From: Bispira polyomma
Taxonomy: Eukaryota
Length of the DNA stretch: 64,000 nt
Direction of reading: 5' to 3'
Assembly: GCA_965649765.1 (NCBI GenBank)
Contig: OZ287754.1
Coordinates: 37,200,001 to 37,264,000 of the forward strand
A model generated the notes under the pieces. It saw only the letters and a list, made by a program, of their open reading frames with translations, was not told the origin of the DNA and did no database searches. A program made the translations under genes and the position numbers. This document shows, one piece after another, positions 50,101 through 64,000 of this stretch. Positions within the stretch are counted from its first letter, which is position 1. Each line of letters starts with the position of its first letter.

Positions 50101-52075
50101 TACCCCATCCCAACTTACAACTGTATCTATGTTTTTTTGAACATCTCAATTGGCTGATTGATATTTTTTTATTCATTTTTTTTGTATACAAATTCAAACA
50201 AATACATGTAACAATACAATTGCAGTTACACAAAACAGTAAGACAATGTACAATACAATAATATACAATTACATACAAAAGTGTCTATTTGTTCAAGATA
50301 TTTCCAAAATATTGTTTAAATTGTTTCATAACATCCCTTGAGTTATTGAGGTCACAGAAAAGTTGAACTTTACTTTTCTTAATTAGCATATATTAAAAAA
50401 GAGATTATTTAGTTTGTTTGCATTTTCTTGTTTATAAACCATTTTCCAACTAAGAGTAAATAGTTTATTAAAAGTAATGTTTCATCTTGAGTACAAACCA
50501 TATATAATAAAACCTCACATACTCTAAATCTGAATTTTAAATCCAGGTTGTTTGGCTAATTGATTTGGTTGTTTGCTTTAGAAAACGCCTCACATAATCG
50601 TTAAAATGTATAGTACAGTACAATGACACAATTTTTCTAGCATCCCAGGGGGTAGTGGATCCCATGACTTTAAAAAGTTTAATAACTAATCAAATATGAC
50701 CAGAGCCAAAACAGTTACAAATCGAGATTTCAGGATATTAAAAAACTCTTGTGTTTCCATTTCCAGGAACACCAACATACTATAACGGCCCACATACTGA
50801 TGTCACCGAGCCCCCTTAATACTCACCCCCTCCCCTTCCTTGTCCTATACACCAGCCTTTCCCCCTTCCCACTTGACTCTGTGTGATATTCAATAAAAAG
50901 ATGACAGATGACTTGCTCAGATAAAGCTCCTGGAACTGATAAGAGTACAGAGTTAGCTACCATAAGTCAGACCGCCAGTCACAATGGACTGCTACTTAGC
51001 AGTTCTCTCCACCCCTGGCATACCTCTGTGGTTCTTGTAGTCTGGGACTTGTACAATCCTCAAGCTAATGTTAAGTCCTAAATATGCCCAGCATAGGTCA
51101 CAATACATAGAGTTAGAATAGCTGGCTTTTAAACTCTGACCTGAAGTAAATAAACCTCAAGGTTATGCTACAAGAATTACGTGGAGATTAAAATTTTATT
51201 AGAGATGAATATATAAAACCAATAGGGGTATAAGTACTCTAACTTAATTTAACTCAGAGGTCTAAAGTTAGCCAATCAAAATCGAGAATTGAAGTGACGT
51301 GGGTTTTTAGACCTTAACCTACTAAATGCTGTTTTGAGGAGAGTTAATTGTATATGTATTTCTTGCTATTGGTGCTCTCAGTATCAGAATTACAATGCAT
51401 GCATCAATGAAAGAGACAAAAGAGTTGACTTAGTTTTTGAGTATTTAAGAAAAATCAGAATATTTTCCTAAATAAGTGGAAATATTTCCGGAACTAATAA
51501 GGACACTGAATCCATGTAAAGGTCACCCAGATATTACAGTTTTTCTTTTATTAACTTTTCAGTCAAGGGCCCAGACATTTATGTACACTTAATAATACAA
51601 TTACAAGTCGGTGATTTATTAGGATCTGTGACAAAAATGCCATCGGGGGCAAATAATTCATCTGAAGCATGAATTGTGTTGGTGTTGGTGCAAAAGCCAC
51701 AAATTAACCACTAAATGATGCCATAACTAATGTTGTCACTGAAGCATTTGCCACTGCGGTCTACTGCTTGACATGTTCACTTGCAGAGTACTTGGTTTTG
51801 AACCCAGATAAGGGTAGATAAACAACGGTTCTAAGTTTCTCGGTGGGTGTTCAGATCAGCACTTTAATTTACTAACTCAAACATAACCAGTGATGCGTTT
51901 ATATACTTTATTATTATATATATAATCTAATACTACTGAGGTATATATACAGTTCTTTAACAAGAGTAAAATGAACTCTCTGGGCATAAGGTCACCTTAA
52001 TTTAAATATGTTTATGAGTTTAAGTTTTGACTTTTAGAAAATTGATTAAAGTACAAAGCTAGAGTTTCACTTTAA

Positions 52076-52406
52076 TTATTATTATTACACAACATTTATA
52101 TAGCGCTTTATATATATATATATTACTCTAAAGCGCTTTCTCATGGGCAGCCACTATGGGCGCCGAGGTGCTTGAGGATGACTATTTATCAACGTCCCCA
52201 AGGATCTTTAATCTGCCACTGGAGATATTACTCAGTGACAGAGGCCCGCCATTTTAAGTGGTCAACCGAGCCACTAGGTAAACTTGTGTTCACATCTTGC
52301 CTAAGGATGTTATCCCACCATATTAAACTAGCAGCCAGAACTGGGGATAGAAGCAGGGACCTTCTGATCGTCAGACCAACACCTTAACCACTAGACCATG
52401 GGGGAT
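52076..52406 (-). mobile_element. tRNA-derived SINE with L2-type tail inserted in the E4 3' region
   Basis: Minus strand ATGGTCTAGTGGTTAAGG (A box), then body, then aagcgctttagag..aagcgctatataaat and (TAA)n tail. Confidence 0.8.
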
Positions 52407-53293
52407 CACAAGTGAGGTTTGACTTAAAGTAACCTTAAGTAAAGTTTGACTTAAGATTTGAAGTCGAACTTTACCTGTATGAGTACAATATATACAGTTC
52501 TAATGTAAGGGGACCTAATGCCCACAAAGGTAAAGTGTAAAATGTGAAAAGTAGTGTAAACTGAAAAGATGTTTTATTTATTTTTTTCCAGCTGCCTGCA
52601 AGCTTAGACAGACCACCAAATCCCAATAAGTAGCAGGTGTTTTGTAGTATATCTCTGAAGGAGTTTTCAGGGTTTGAAATATATCGCCAGACTCAATCTG
52701 ACGTCCAGGTGCCCTGGTTTTGGATATCTTGAATTTTGACATTATTATTAAAAGCAAATGTGGCCCCTGAATATTGAGACCCAAGCAATTGCAGGATATT
52801 TTTGAGATGCTTGCGCACACATGTATCAGTAAGAGGTACCCATGAATTTTGTAACTTATACTGGAATAACGGTAGATTTGTCCCCTTAGGTAAGAGCGCT
52901 AATACCCCTTTCAAAACTTGCACAGGACACAAAATTGAAATGGGGATGTTTGGTACTGAGAGAAGTCTAACTGCATCTCTGGATTGCATAGTGTTTGACG
53001 ATCTAATGACTAGTACAGCATACGCTGGCTTGAAAAGTACATCAGATCTGGCTAACTGCTTCAGAAGAGAGAAGGACCCCATTGAATATGGACATAAGTT
53101 TAGAACACAACCTTAGAAACGTAAAGAAACTAGTCAAATAGACAGCCTTGAAGATTTGGCCCATATATGTACTGTCACATTGTTTAACCAGTTTTTTAAG
53201 TAGCTCAATGTTAAACACTGACTTACGTTTGACTTGCAAATGTCTATGCATGGCTAGAGTTTCAGTAAAATAACTGATCCTTTAGTCAGATAA

Positions 53294-53482
53294 TAGACTT
53301 GCTTACAAGTCTTTTCTGTTGGTGAAGACTATATGACTGCATTTTACAAGTTTCTATTCTATTCGAAAGGTGTCAGCACTGGTGTCATTATAACTGCCAG
53401 CTTCTTTATTTAACCCAAATGTACACAGGGTTATAGTTAAAAAATCATAATACCCTCATTGAAGGACCTTGCACAAGGTCTA
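53294..53482. mobile_element. MITE with TAGAC..GTCTA ends and 9-bp TSD, in the E4 YR
   Basis: TSD gtcagataa (53285-53293) / gtcagagaa (53483-53491). Confidence 0.8.
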
Positions 53483-53651
53483 GTCAGAGAAGGGTTTAAC
53501 ATCCAGATGTAAGAGAGTACATTTAGCCTTAACGGCTGACAAGTGGTCAAACTACCTGAGACATGGATAAGCCATTAAAAGTTAAAAATTCTAAACAAGC
53601 TATTAGATGCAACACATTCACCTTGTGGGCTGGCCAACACATAAAGGCCCC

Positions 53652-54099
53652 TAGACCTTTCGCAAGGTCCTTCAATGAGGGAATTATGATTTTTTAACTA
53701 TAACCCTGTGTGGATTGAAAGACCTTGTTCACTCACCTGGAAGTACATGGAATCACGTATCGGTAAAAAAACAATTATGTACTCACAACTTTTTTGACTG
53801 CCAGTCTGTTTAGTATAACTCGCACATCCCATACTGTTTATATGACAACACTAAAATCCATGTGCTTGTTTTTAAAAAACTAAACGGGCTTTAGACCTTG
53901 TGCAATGTCCTTTAATGAGGGCATTATGATTTTTAACTATAACCCTGTGTGGATTGAAGACATTTTATATTTGGGATTAAATAAGGAAGCTGGCAGTTAT
54001 CAAAACACCAGTGCTGACACCTTTTATAGAGTAGAATGAGAACTTGTAAAATGCAGTCTTACAGTGTTTACCAACAGTAAAGATTTGTAAGCAAGTCTA
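53652..54099. mobile_element. second, inverted and partly dimeric copy of the same MITE family, in the E4 YR
   Basis: TSD aaaggcccc (53643-53651) / aaaggccct (54100-54108); the left end is repeated internally at ~53892. Confidence 0.8.
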
Positions 54100-57000
54100 A
54101 AAGGCCCTAAAAGTCAGACTTAATCTAAACATTATGTCATAAGCTTTGTTGGTAGCAGGGGCGAAGGCGGACTGCAGCCTCTCATTTGCACTTTTCATCA
54201 AAGCCAGGTCCACAGGGTGAGTATCTGCAAATAAACTACAAATTGCTATATAAAACTGTTCACATTAAGTAAGTTATTAGAAGTGGACAACCACTGCACA
54301 GGATCAGCTAGGCTAAAAGCAATTGGTGATTACTCTCAGTTTCCTTTCACCTGGACAACAAGTCAACAATTTTGTTCTTCCTGCCTAAAATAAGAATTAC
54401 CATAATTTCAATATCGAATTGACTAGCCAACATGTAAATATTCCTGTTATAGGTTGCCAAGGTCGGATCTCTTGTACGCCCTGTCTGCAAAACGCTGACC
54501 ACTGCCTGGTTATCGCATTTGACCAGAATATCTTTACCTCTTCAGGCTTCCATCCACAATTTAGTGGCCTCCAGAATATTAAGCATTTCAAGATATGTGA
54601 TGTTCATGTCAGCCATCTGGGCCAGAGTGTCTATTTGATATACTTGTTTTGAATAAATCCCCCCATCCCAGTGAGATAGGCATCTAATTCGATTTCCCCA
54701 TTTACAGGTTTATGGGCAAAAAAATGACACACTATTAAACTGGTTAGCAAAGGTTCTAAACCAATTAAGGTCATGTTTAAATTCTTCAGTAATTTTGAAG
54801 CGTTTTTTACTGTGATTATCACGTAAGAATTCCAGCATTCTATTCAAGAATACCCGGGCATATTTTATGCATTTTGACACATACAATAGCAAACCTAACA
54901 AAGTCTGTAACTCTCTTTTTGTACAGTAATTTTTTTTTTTTAATTCATTACATCTACTCTTTATCTATGGCAGCTTTTCAGGCGGAATAGTTGTGGTGCA
55001 GTTTTCTGTATTTATAATAATGCCAAGACAAACGACTTCAGCGCTGGGGGAACTAATTTTTTCTGACTTACAGTTAACCTCAGCTCCTTGAGCAATTCTT
55101 GTAAGCTGAGATAAGTTTTTACTAGGAAGGAAAATGCAAAACAAGTCATCGACATAATTGCGGACGTTATGATTCTCTGACTTTATTATGAAATGTACTG
55201 TGTCCGAAATTCTCTAAAAAATGGGTTTGCCGTTCTGATAAATGAACGGCAGGGACTTATCTATGTAGTATGAGTTCGATTTTAGGCCCAATAAGTCAAT
55301 ATCGCCAGGGTCAATAGGGACGTGACGAAACACCCTGCTGACATTGACCTTGAATATATTGCACCCCTTTCCAAGTTTAAGCACTTCCTTAGTAAGACTG
55401 TCAATGGACGCATATGAAAGTAAAAGTTCGACATCAAGATACGAAGTAGTGGATGCCCCACATTTACTGAAGCGCCTTGAGGCCAACGCAGATCTACAAT
55501 GGCTCGCCTGTTAACTGATTTAGGCTTATGCCTGGTCATAAGTGGAGAACAATGCAAATTTTGAATTGGTGAAGTGTTGAAATGACCGAGTATTGTTCAA
55601 AAAGCACATATTTCTTTCATATATGTGACTATATGATCAGGGATTTCATCTGCCGTACTATGATTTTTTTCATCTGACTCGGTTTTACTTGTTCTAGATA
55701 CATCCAAAGAAAAACCATATTTAATTAGAAGGGGCAACAGCCAGTTCCAATAGCCTTTCAGATAGTTTTTCCATTTGTCTGGATGTAATTGTGAGTGTAC
55801 AAGAATCTGTAGCCTGCTGTGGTTTAATCTACTGAGCTCTGAGTTTTTTGTGCATTTCCAATATGATCAATTTGCTTCCCTCCTCACCCTAATCCACAAT
55901 GTTATGGCCCAGGGCTGAGAGGTGGTAAAGCCATAATTGTTATCACTCTGGTCCTGCCTCTTTTTATATGTCACATTTGAGGCTGCCTTTTGTAACAATC
56001 GTTTTTTATTTCGCTTCTGCTTCAGCGCCCAGGAGTATTTGTCCAAATTTGCCATGTGACCTTCAGATATTTACACATTTTGTTTGTTACACTCTTTTCC
56101 AACAACTGATACTCTCTGAACTCTGAATTGTGGACAGTTCTGGATATTTACACTATTTTTGTCCACAGCATTAACGCAGTGGCCCCTTAGTTTTTTGTTA
56201 CCTTTTTTCAAACACACACTTGTCCTGTGATTTCCATCACATGTCTCAGAAGTATGCTTATAGAGTTGCCCCCCTGTATTGTGGGTACTGGGGTAGTTGA
56301 ATGTTCCTTCTTGGAAGAATCTGCAAGTAACCCGATCCTTTTTATGACTTGTCTTTTTAGAATTCAAACCCCCAGTACGACCATTTGCCCCAAAAGAATT
56401 TTGAGAGACCGAAATGTAGCGTTGAGGGTGTGTCCGATGTATTCTGTCGACTTTGTCCACGTCCAACCAACTTAGTTTGTCCATCTCCATATTTGTGAGG
56501 ACGACGGCATGACAGGCCTTAGCCGCTTCCCAGGAGAATTTCTGTGCATCCTCCATTAGACCCCTATATAATTGAGCATGGTATTTTTAATTTCTAATGA
56601 CTTTTCTTCATGAGGGATGCAAATAAAGCTGCAGACCCACTTCACCAGCGTGAGGTCATCATAACTGGGCCACGTTTTAGCACTGCCTGTCAACAAATAA
56701 TTTTGTGGCCATTCTGCTACTTTCTTAACAACCACATCGTTACCCCCACTTCTCTGAGACTTTAGTTGTTTACCTGCCGAGGGCGTTTCGTTAAGGGTTT
56801 TAAGGTCTCAACCTGAAGCTGAATTTAAGCGTTATCCTTTAAAAATTGGGAACTGGTATAATGGTTTCCTGGCCTGAACTTGAAAAGCTCTTATCCTCGT
56901 CAACAGAACTAGCACTAGCCATGTTATTAGAAAAAAAAGTGTCTGACTAGCCTGTTTGCTGATAAGGTTTCCAGCCAGCGCTGCCTCCGTCTGTTGAACC

Positions 57001-58723
57001 CGTTGATCCATCCTCTTAACGGCCTTACTTAATGACTGACGTTGCTTAAATATAGCTGTGGACACCGCTGCAGCAGGCTGAATCAATGGGTCCTCGTGAC
57101 TCGAGCCAGCACTGTCTTTATCCTCCACAGCATCAATAACAACACTACAATTTCTTCCCACGGGCCGTTCATGCTTTTGAAGGCACTTCGGGAAAAATAG
57201 TATTTTAATTCCAGGCATGATTAGAGCGTGCTACTAAAAAGGTTTAAAAACACATTAACAACAATTTTTAAAACACGACTCTTTGTCCTAAAACTATAAT
57301 TTTTTGAAATACTAGTTGTTTCTGTTGATGAGCGGTTAAAAAGGCGGGAGAATTTGAAGGGGAGGGGGCTTTTATACTCGCCCATCTTTCCCATAATGAT
57401 GCTGAGTTCGTTCACTTACAAAATGGTAACACACTGATCTCCCAACTCACTGGACTCCCAATCCCTAATATGTGTCCTGGAAACATTGCAGTAGATTGGC
57501 TGATGCTTGTCAGAGCAGAAAATCCTAACGAATTGCCCTATTCTGATTTCCTCTTACACTTCCCATTGCGATATAACACAAACTTGTTTAAGCGACGTGA
57601 AATCCAAACTGAATTAAGCCAGAGTGTTAGCTCTGCACCACAGAGGCCCTAGGTATGTTAGGAATCTGGACCTTTTTCAAATAATTAGAAACAAATTTAG
57701 TAACCAACTGATGATTATGGTAACATTGGTTGTTATAGTCGCTCAGGTCAATAACCTTCTCAAAACACAAATGAAATAAGTAAATATTATATGAAGAGCA
57801 TATTTGGATCCACATTCGGGGGTTACAAGCATGAACTGTAACCTACAATTAATTGCCTAAAGGCCCAGGACCAAGATTATTTAGACTTTGAGTGACAGTG
57901 TCAATGTTTGGATGACAGACTTTGAAATGGGTAGCTTGTATCAAACCACCAGCAGGTCCTCTGCCTGTCTCATATGTACCGCTTGCAACCACACCACGTG
58001 CACTATAATCGGCTTCACATTGTTCAGGCCAGCACTATTTAGATAACCAGATACCACAGGAGAAGACGTGAAACTCCAGAAACAGATGTACATGACCTTC
58101 CTACAACATCATTGCTCACATTTTTCCCCGAGACACCACTCCCATTGTCCTGGCCAGTGATGTTTAGGCGACTGGAAACACCCAGCTATGACGTCAGACC
58201 ACCAACAGCAGATACACTTTGAGTGATCCTGGAAACTATACACATAGAGACAGTATTGCAGGCAGTACTGATGCTATATCAACTCACCATGGGATGTGAT
58301 GTCATCGTGACTGTGGCAGTGGTTGTGCTTAACATGTGTGGTAAGGGATAAAATTCGGGCAGTACTCTGCTACCTTGGCATGCAAGCTTTAGAGATATGT
58401 GACATATCTGAGTCCTTAACCTGAATTAAAAAAGAAACAGAGGAACATATATTGACTAATACACATAATTATGTGATAACATTGTGATGAGCAAATGTGG
58501 AAAGGTTCAAGACAAACAAGAATAGTCTTTCAAAGGCTGGTCGGAGACAGGTGAAGGCCACTTTATGTATTAGAGATATTTTAATTATCAGCTATTGTAA
58601 AATACTCCAAAAAGTAGCAAAATGGCCGTTAAGTTTCCACATTGCATAACATGTAGATTTAACTGTCAAGCACTAAGCAGTATGTAGTCAAGTTTATTAA
58701 GTGTAGGTAAGTAATAGTTAAAT

Positions 58724-59440
58724 TTGAGTATTACTTTTGATTCCCTCTTTCCCTTCGACGATCAGATTTCTAATATAAGTAGATCTTGCTACCTTTACAT
58801 TCGTGACCTCAAAAGAATAAGAAAACACCTATCCCATCAAACAACCATCATCATAGCAAATGCACGTATCAGCAGTCGATTGGACTACTGCAATGCTCTG
58901 TTTCTTGGACTAAAGAATTACTGGCTGCAAAGGCAACAGTCAATCAAGAATCACTTGTGCGGAGTTATCTGCCGTGTTGGACCTCATGTCAGAATGACTC
59001 CTTTCCTAAAAAGGCTCCATTGGCTACCTGTCAAGTACCACATCATTTTCAAGACCAATGTTACTACATACAAATATTTTAAACCTTCGACAGCCTCCTT
59101 TCAGCATATTTACCAGGAGAAACATAATTTCAGTCTCTGATACTAGAACTAGTAAACAGATTGGATCCTATTACTTCTTGTTGCAGAACCTACCTTATGT
59201 AATAATTTAGCAACCAAGATCCCAGGAAACTATCTTTTATAGCTTTAGAAGAAACCTTAAGACCCATGTCTTTACACCCGCTTACCCTCCATAGATTTCT
59301 TTCTCTTCCACGTCATCCCCCTTGATCACCAAGTTGCATTGGAAATGGACTACGGTTTTAACAACTTTGTCAATGATGTTGCACTTAGAAGATGCCTGGC
59401 ATCAATTATGGGCATGAATAATCAAATCATATCATACAAG
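58724..59440 (+). mobile_element. L2/CR1 LINE 3' fragment
   Basis: IRDLKRIRKHL..SRLDYCNALF.GL..LKRLHWLPVKY.I.FK; 3' hairpin gatgcctggcatc shared with the 49.8 kb copy. Confidence 0.85.
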
Positions 59441-61599
59441 TCAATTGTCTATTGTAATATTGTAGTTTTAACCAAATAGATACCAGTGTATTAACGTAAC
59501 TAAATTTTATAGTGTATTTTAATATAATCATAAATGAGACTCATCTTCAAGGTCACACGGTACTGAATGCTCAGTTGTGTGGAGCTATAGTAAGACCTAA
59601 TGATTTGTTGCTTAATATAACAGATAAACATTTAGACATCAGACCTTTGTGGTATGATTTCTCGTGTCTTCCATTAAACATAATTTCAACGATAACAAAT
59701 TAATATATTTTAACATATTCTTGTAACTGTACTCATTTAAATGTACTGGCATTACAGGAGCAACTTGGAAGATCAGCTCCTATCACCAAAGCTTGAAGAT
59801 AAACATACTGGTCTCAACTCAAAACTTTGCTATAGCATTGCAATGTGCACAGTCATTGTCTTATTTAAGTCTTTAAGTACTATTTCTCCACACACGGAAA
59901 TTGTCATTCATTTCAGCTCCCATCCCCTTTTTCACAATCCAAGGACCCCAGATAAAGGACACTTCCTGTCCTAGTTTTCTCTCCCTTTGTGACGTCACTG
60001 TGAACCATGCAATTCAATAAAACCCCCGTTTTTTCTGTCACTTTATCCTACCATCCTAAAACATCTGGCGGTAGTTTTAACATAAAAAAACTCATGTTTT
60101 TGTGGAACTTTGCTGGTTCGAAATGTATTTCTTGGAGATAATGTAGACGCTAGAACAATATTTCACCAATCTATAATATTTGAGAAATTCAATGCAATTA
60201 ATTGCTATATTTTCAAGTTAACAATCTTTCACTGAAACTTAATTATCACAATCAATTCTCATCAGCTAAATTAGTTGAATTAATTCATAGCAAAAATTTT
60301 CATTTAAACAGTGTTTTTTAAACCTATACAATTATATTTTTCATAATCTGCGAGGTGACTCAAATCCCCGATTTAAGTTAAGTAATAGAGAAGTTGATCT
60401 GAAGCACCGACATCAAAGGAGAGTAGTGAAACATTGGCCTTGTAGTTTGTTACAATTTCTGCCATTTTTTTTCTTTAGTGTATTTTTATATCCATCTCCG
60501 TCCTAGTTTGTGAAGTAATTTTACTGACCTGTTACAACACAGGCACACAGTGATTCTATTTTCTTATCAATTTTCTTCACAACTACTTCACAATCTTTGA
60601 TAGCTAATTTGTCTCCTCAACTCTTTGTTCTAACTCTGTGGCTGTTCTTCTTGGTGGAACTTTTTTCCCCGATTTTCTCCTAGTGGAGGAGGGTTATGAT
60701 TAATATTAAGGCATATCGTTGTCGGTTATGAATTTACTAGTTTTGATGGTTAAGATCACACTTTAAATGGCAAACAGTTGTCCCTATATTTCTGTTTTGA
60801 AAGTTCATTTGAAAACAAGCACAAACAAGCAAACTAATACTCATAACTCAGTTAAAATTAGCAGAACATTTAACAAGAGTTTTTGTTGTTAATCTATGGT
60901 TTGCTTGTTTATCCTTTATGGTGAAAGGAATGTAAAATATAATATATCCCCACTACTTTACAGCTACAATTTAGCAGTGGTTTCAAAACATTATTTATTG
61001 GCAATAATGAAGTTTTTGTCTCCAAAAATACAACACCCAATAGAATCCCACCCACACACCAGTGAAATGTTAAAGTAGGCATTTTTATAGTAATTTAAGG
61101 AGATTCAATGGTGTAAAGGAAACACTTTGGTTTGAATCCCTGGCATCCACAATGAATGCTTAGCAATGGAATTGCTGAAGGGAGTTTGTTTACAGGGCAA
61201 AAATCATCATCAAATGATTTATTTACATTTTGAGGTCACTGCGACCTGTTTCAATTGCGACATCCAAAAATTTGTTAATGACTGAAAAGATAAGTCGTTC
61301 ACAAGGCCAGATTGATTTTTTACATTGCTATAAATCGCCCAGTCTAGTCGTCAGAACTAAATATATATCACCTGACCTCCCCGACTGACCAAAAAAGTCC
61401 TTCCAGCTGGTAACAACCTAAAAAATAAGTTGTAACCACACCACAACCTATTCTGTGTATCCAACGATAACTCGACCCACTCCCAACTGTCCCCATCTAA
61501 CACTTAGGTGGAAATCAAAAGCTCCAGATTGGAACCTAAAAAGTATATATAAAGGGGATGAGACCATGTATCTAGACAATTTTTATCGTTCAGTCAATT

Positions 61600-61880
61600 G
61601 AAAAAGATGATTCTACACAGGCTGATAGAGTCATACACATCACTGCAGTACTCTTTTGTTGTGGGAAGTTTGCGCCACAGCTTTGCCAGGCCATCATAGA
61701 TAAGTTCCAGGAAGAATTTGTGTCCTGCCCCACCAGCACATGGAATTTACGAAATGCCCTTAGGGCCATAGATGGGAAACACATTGTCATTCGATGTCCA
61801 AGAAGAGGGGGCAGTGAATATTTTAATTACAAGGGCTCCCGCTCCATAGTAATGCTGGCCTTGGTGGATGCAGAGTCGAA
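61600..61880 (+). pseudogene. Harbinger (DDE_4/HARBI1-like) transposase fragment
   Basis: SYTSLQYSF..CQAIID..WNL..AIDGKHIVIRCP..GSEYFNYKG..SIVMLALVDA. Confidence 0.85.
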
Positions 61881-61919
61881 TTCCTGTGAGTCGATCTGTG
61901 ATCTAGTGGGTCCTGCTCA

Positions 61920-63028
61920 GATTTCCAGATATTTATTATGACCGGGGCAAGTAGTTTTTAGTATGAGTGTACATGAGGTAGTTACTTTTAAAGCCAATTC
62001 AAATCCTCTCACAAGTGATGCCACTGATGAGGTGTCATTGATGAGGTGTCAGAATTTAAGGAGGATGGAGTCTGAACACCACATCAAACATCCAACTAGG
62101 ATTTGTAATATTTGGTTAACAACCCGAATGGACTGCTGTGGCTTGACCGCTGACTGCTGTGAAGGTTGTGATGTCTGTAGTCTGGGCTGTTGCTGGTGGT
62201 AAACAAACTGTCCTGGTTGCTGTTGTTGATGTGGGATGAAGGAAGTAGGGCCATCTGATAAAAGGTAATATGCTGTGGTTGAAACTGTTGGGGTTGAAAC
62301 TGTGGCACCACCTACTAAGAGGAAGAAGCCCTGTCTTGCAGATTCCTAATCAGGTTAAAAGGTTCTCTCCTGAATTGAGTAAGTATTGTTCAAGAATCAG
62401 TTCAGACAAGCACCTCTGGGTCCCTCTATCATTGTCTTTGGTGGCCTTAGATCTGTGGAAAGTTCAGCATCTAGGGTAAGGGTTCATGATGGATGATATG
62501 TGTCCTTAAAAAGTCAAATGTCCCTTTCAACCATCTCTGCCTTTCGGTCATATCAGGAGCTGCTTGTTCAGACTTCTAGAGATGCAGTTTCCAATTAATA
62601 GTATGCTGTGACTGAAACCACTTTTCAACCTCATCTGCGTCTAATCCCCTGCAGAAGCAGAAATTTTGCCAAATCATATCTTTAGTTTGTGTGTGTCTTT
62701 GTATAAACGGTATTTCTTGTTGTACAACCACTCGTGATCTTTCAAAGAGTCCACCACAGCATCCTCTTCGTCATCGGTAAGTAAAACTGTCCTAATTTTT
62801 TCCTTCTTCTGTTTTCTGCTAAAAGAAGTCACTTCACTATCCCCAGCTGTCTGCTATGTCTCCTGTGTCTTAACATCCTGTGTTTCAACATCCTGTGTCA
62901 CAGCACCCATCTGTGATAGCTGTGTCTCTGGAATGACTTCCTGACACGTCTCCCCCACATGGAATTCCCTGCTTCCCTCCTCCTCCACTGTCTCTATCCT
63001 CCCTTTTTCCTTTTCTTTTTGGTGGCAT
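61920..63028 (-). pseudogene. Harbinger second ORF (MADF/Myb-like DNA-binding protein), frameshifted
   Basis: Starts MPPKRKGK; EEDAVVDSLKDHEWLYNKK..YKDT MADF-like motif; Q/P-rich C-terminal part; convergent with the transposase. Confidence 0.7.
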
Positions 63029-64000
63029 TTTAATATTACTCACATAAAAACCAATACCCTGTCTCAGAATAACATATTTTATTTTATATATTTTATTGCC
63101 AGTAGATGAGAATTCTCACGATACTAGGACTGAAGGTGATGAAGACAACTGGCACAGCCGTTTTTATAGTCTGCACATCTGTTACAAGTGGGAAGATGGG
63201 AAGATAAGTCAGAATGTGGATGGATGAATATTCCAGCGATTTGGGTCCTGGAAGGAACCGACTAAGAAACTAAGTCTTTAAATGGAAAAATGCATCATTG
63301 AAAGGTTACAAGTGACCATGACTTATCGGCCGATGGTCGCCCACACGCAAATGTTTTAAAACATGCTTGAAAACCTCACCAAAGGCCCTGAAGTGTCCCA
63401 AGTACCTAAGATAAGTCACACAACCTAAACAACCTCCAAGGTTATGCCCAAACGCATAGTCGTAACGGTTTGGGGCTTTGATCGGCATAGTGGAACAGAG
63501 GTATTTGGCAAGTGTGTTAGAGGAGGACATTATTTTTAAACTGAATAGACTGATTCTGCAGATTCTAAGCTATTACCATAATAATATTAACATTAAAGAC
63601 TGTAGGTTACATTGCATTGAAAGTATTGTGTAATTTATTACCCAATCTGTACAATTGGTACAATGTCGTATACAAAAAAATTAGTTTAGTATAATTATAG
63701 AAATACATGTTTTATCCTCAGTGTGTCTTTCACTGTCCTCACAGAAAATGACGAATAAAGTAAAAAGAAATCCTGGATCAACTCTAGCCTTTTAGTTTAA
63801 GTACATTACGATTTTATTAAAATACTTCTAAAAATCAGGAACCAACATTATATGTACACCTGTATTAATGTTCCAGTGTACTAATAATGTTAATAAAAAA
63901 TATAATTTCAAATTGTTCAAAAAGTAGAGTGGTGTATCTGCCATTTTGAGCAGCCCTGTATACATTTTGCAGAGTTAACTTGTGTCAATGTCTTAAAGAA

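Larger units (their letters stand above)
51833..57465 (-). mobile_element. Ngaro-like YR retrotransposon E4 (same subfamily as E3, degraded, with nested SINE and MITEs)
   Basis: Colinear homology with E3: MPGIKILFFPKCLQKHERPVGRNC, MEDAQKFSWE..KACHAVVLTNMEMDKL, HCSPLMTRHKP, SKCIKYARVFLNRML, YR ..GTWTSD. 5' and 3' non-coding regions are also homologous. Confidence 0.92.

Noticed and set aside
52453-52460. Apparent covariation between the E4 palindrome spacer and its 5' GGGATT end
   Set aside because: Ungapped alignment to E3 explains the differences as simple substitutions; the pairing needs a register shift.
62020-62050. CTGATGAG hammerhead-like core
   Set aside because: No matching GAAA or flanking stems; lies in Harbinger coding remnant.

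Overview
AT-rich animal genomic DNA, lophotrochozoan and most likely molluscan. It holds one clear host gene, an FxRIamide/SSFVRIamide neuropeptide precursor (30218-31525, minus). The rest is mostly transposons: four near-full-length, 5.3-5.6 kb Ngaro-like tyrosine-recombinase (YR) retrotransposons (E1 8015-13436 -, E2 20313-25872 +, E3 38362-43681 +, E4 51833-57465 -; about 34% of the window), older YR relics, a Tx1-type LINE split by E2, L2/CR1 fragments, tRNA-derived SINEs, MITEs and two Harbinger relics. Comparing the divergent YR copies reveals a shared expression and terminus design. (1) A phase-1 splice donor in gag and a phase-1 acceptor just before YR predict an in-frame spliced Gag-N(CCHC zinc knuckle)-YR fusion in all four copies. 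(2) A -1 slippery heptamer plus hairpin at the gag end predicts Gag-Pol frameshifting. (3) The termini lack Ngaro split direct repeats and canonical DIRS ITR/ICR. Instead there is a 5' G-run, hairpin and CAGTYC that co-varies with a 3' terminal GRACTG, a palindrome-rich 3' region and no target-site duplication. All calls are by eye; no database search was possible, so novelty is unverified.
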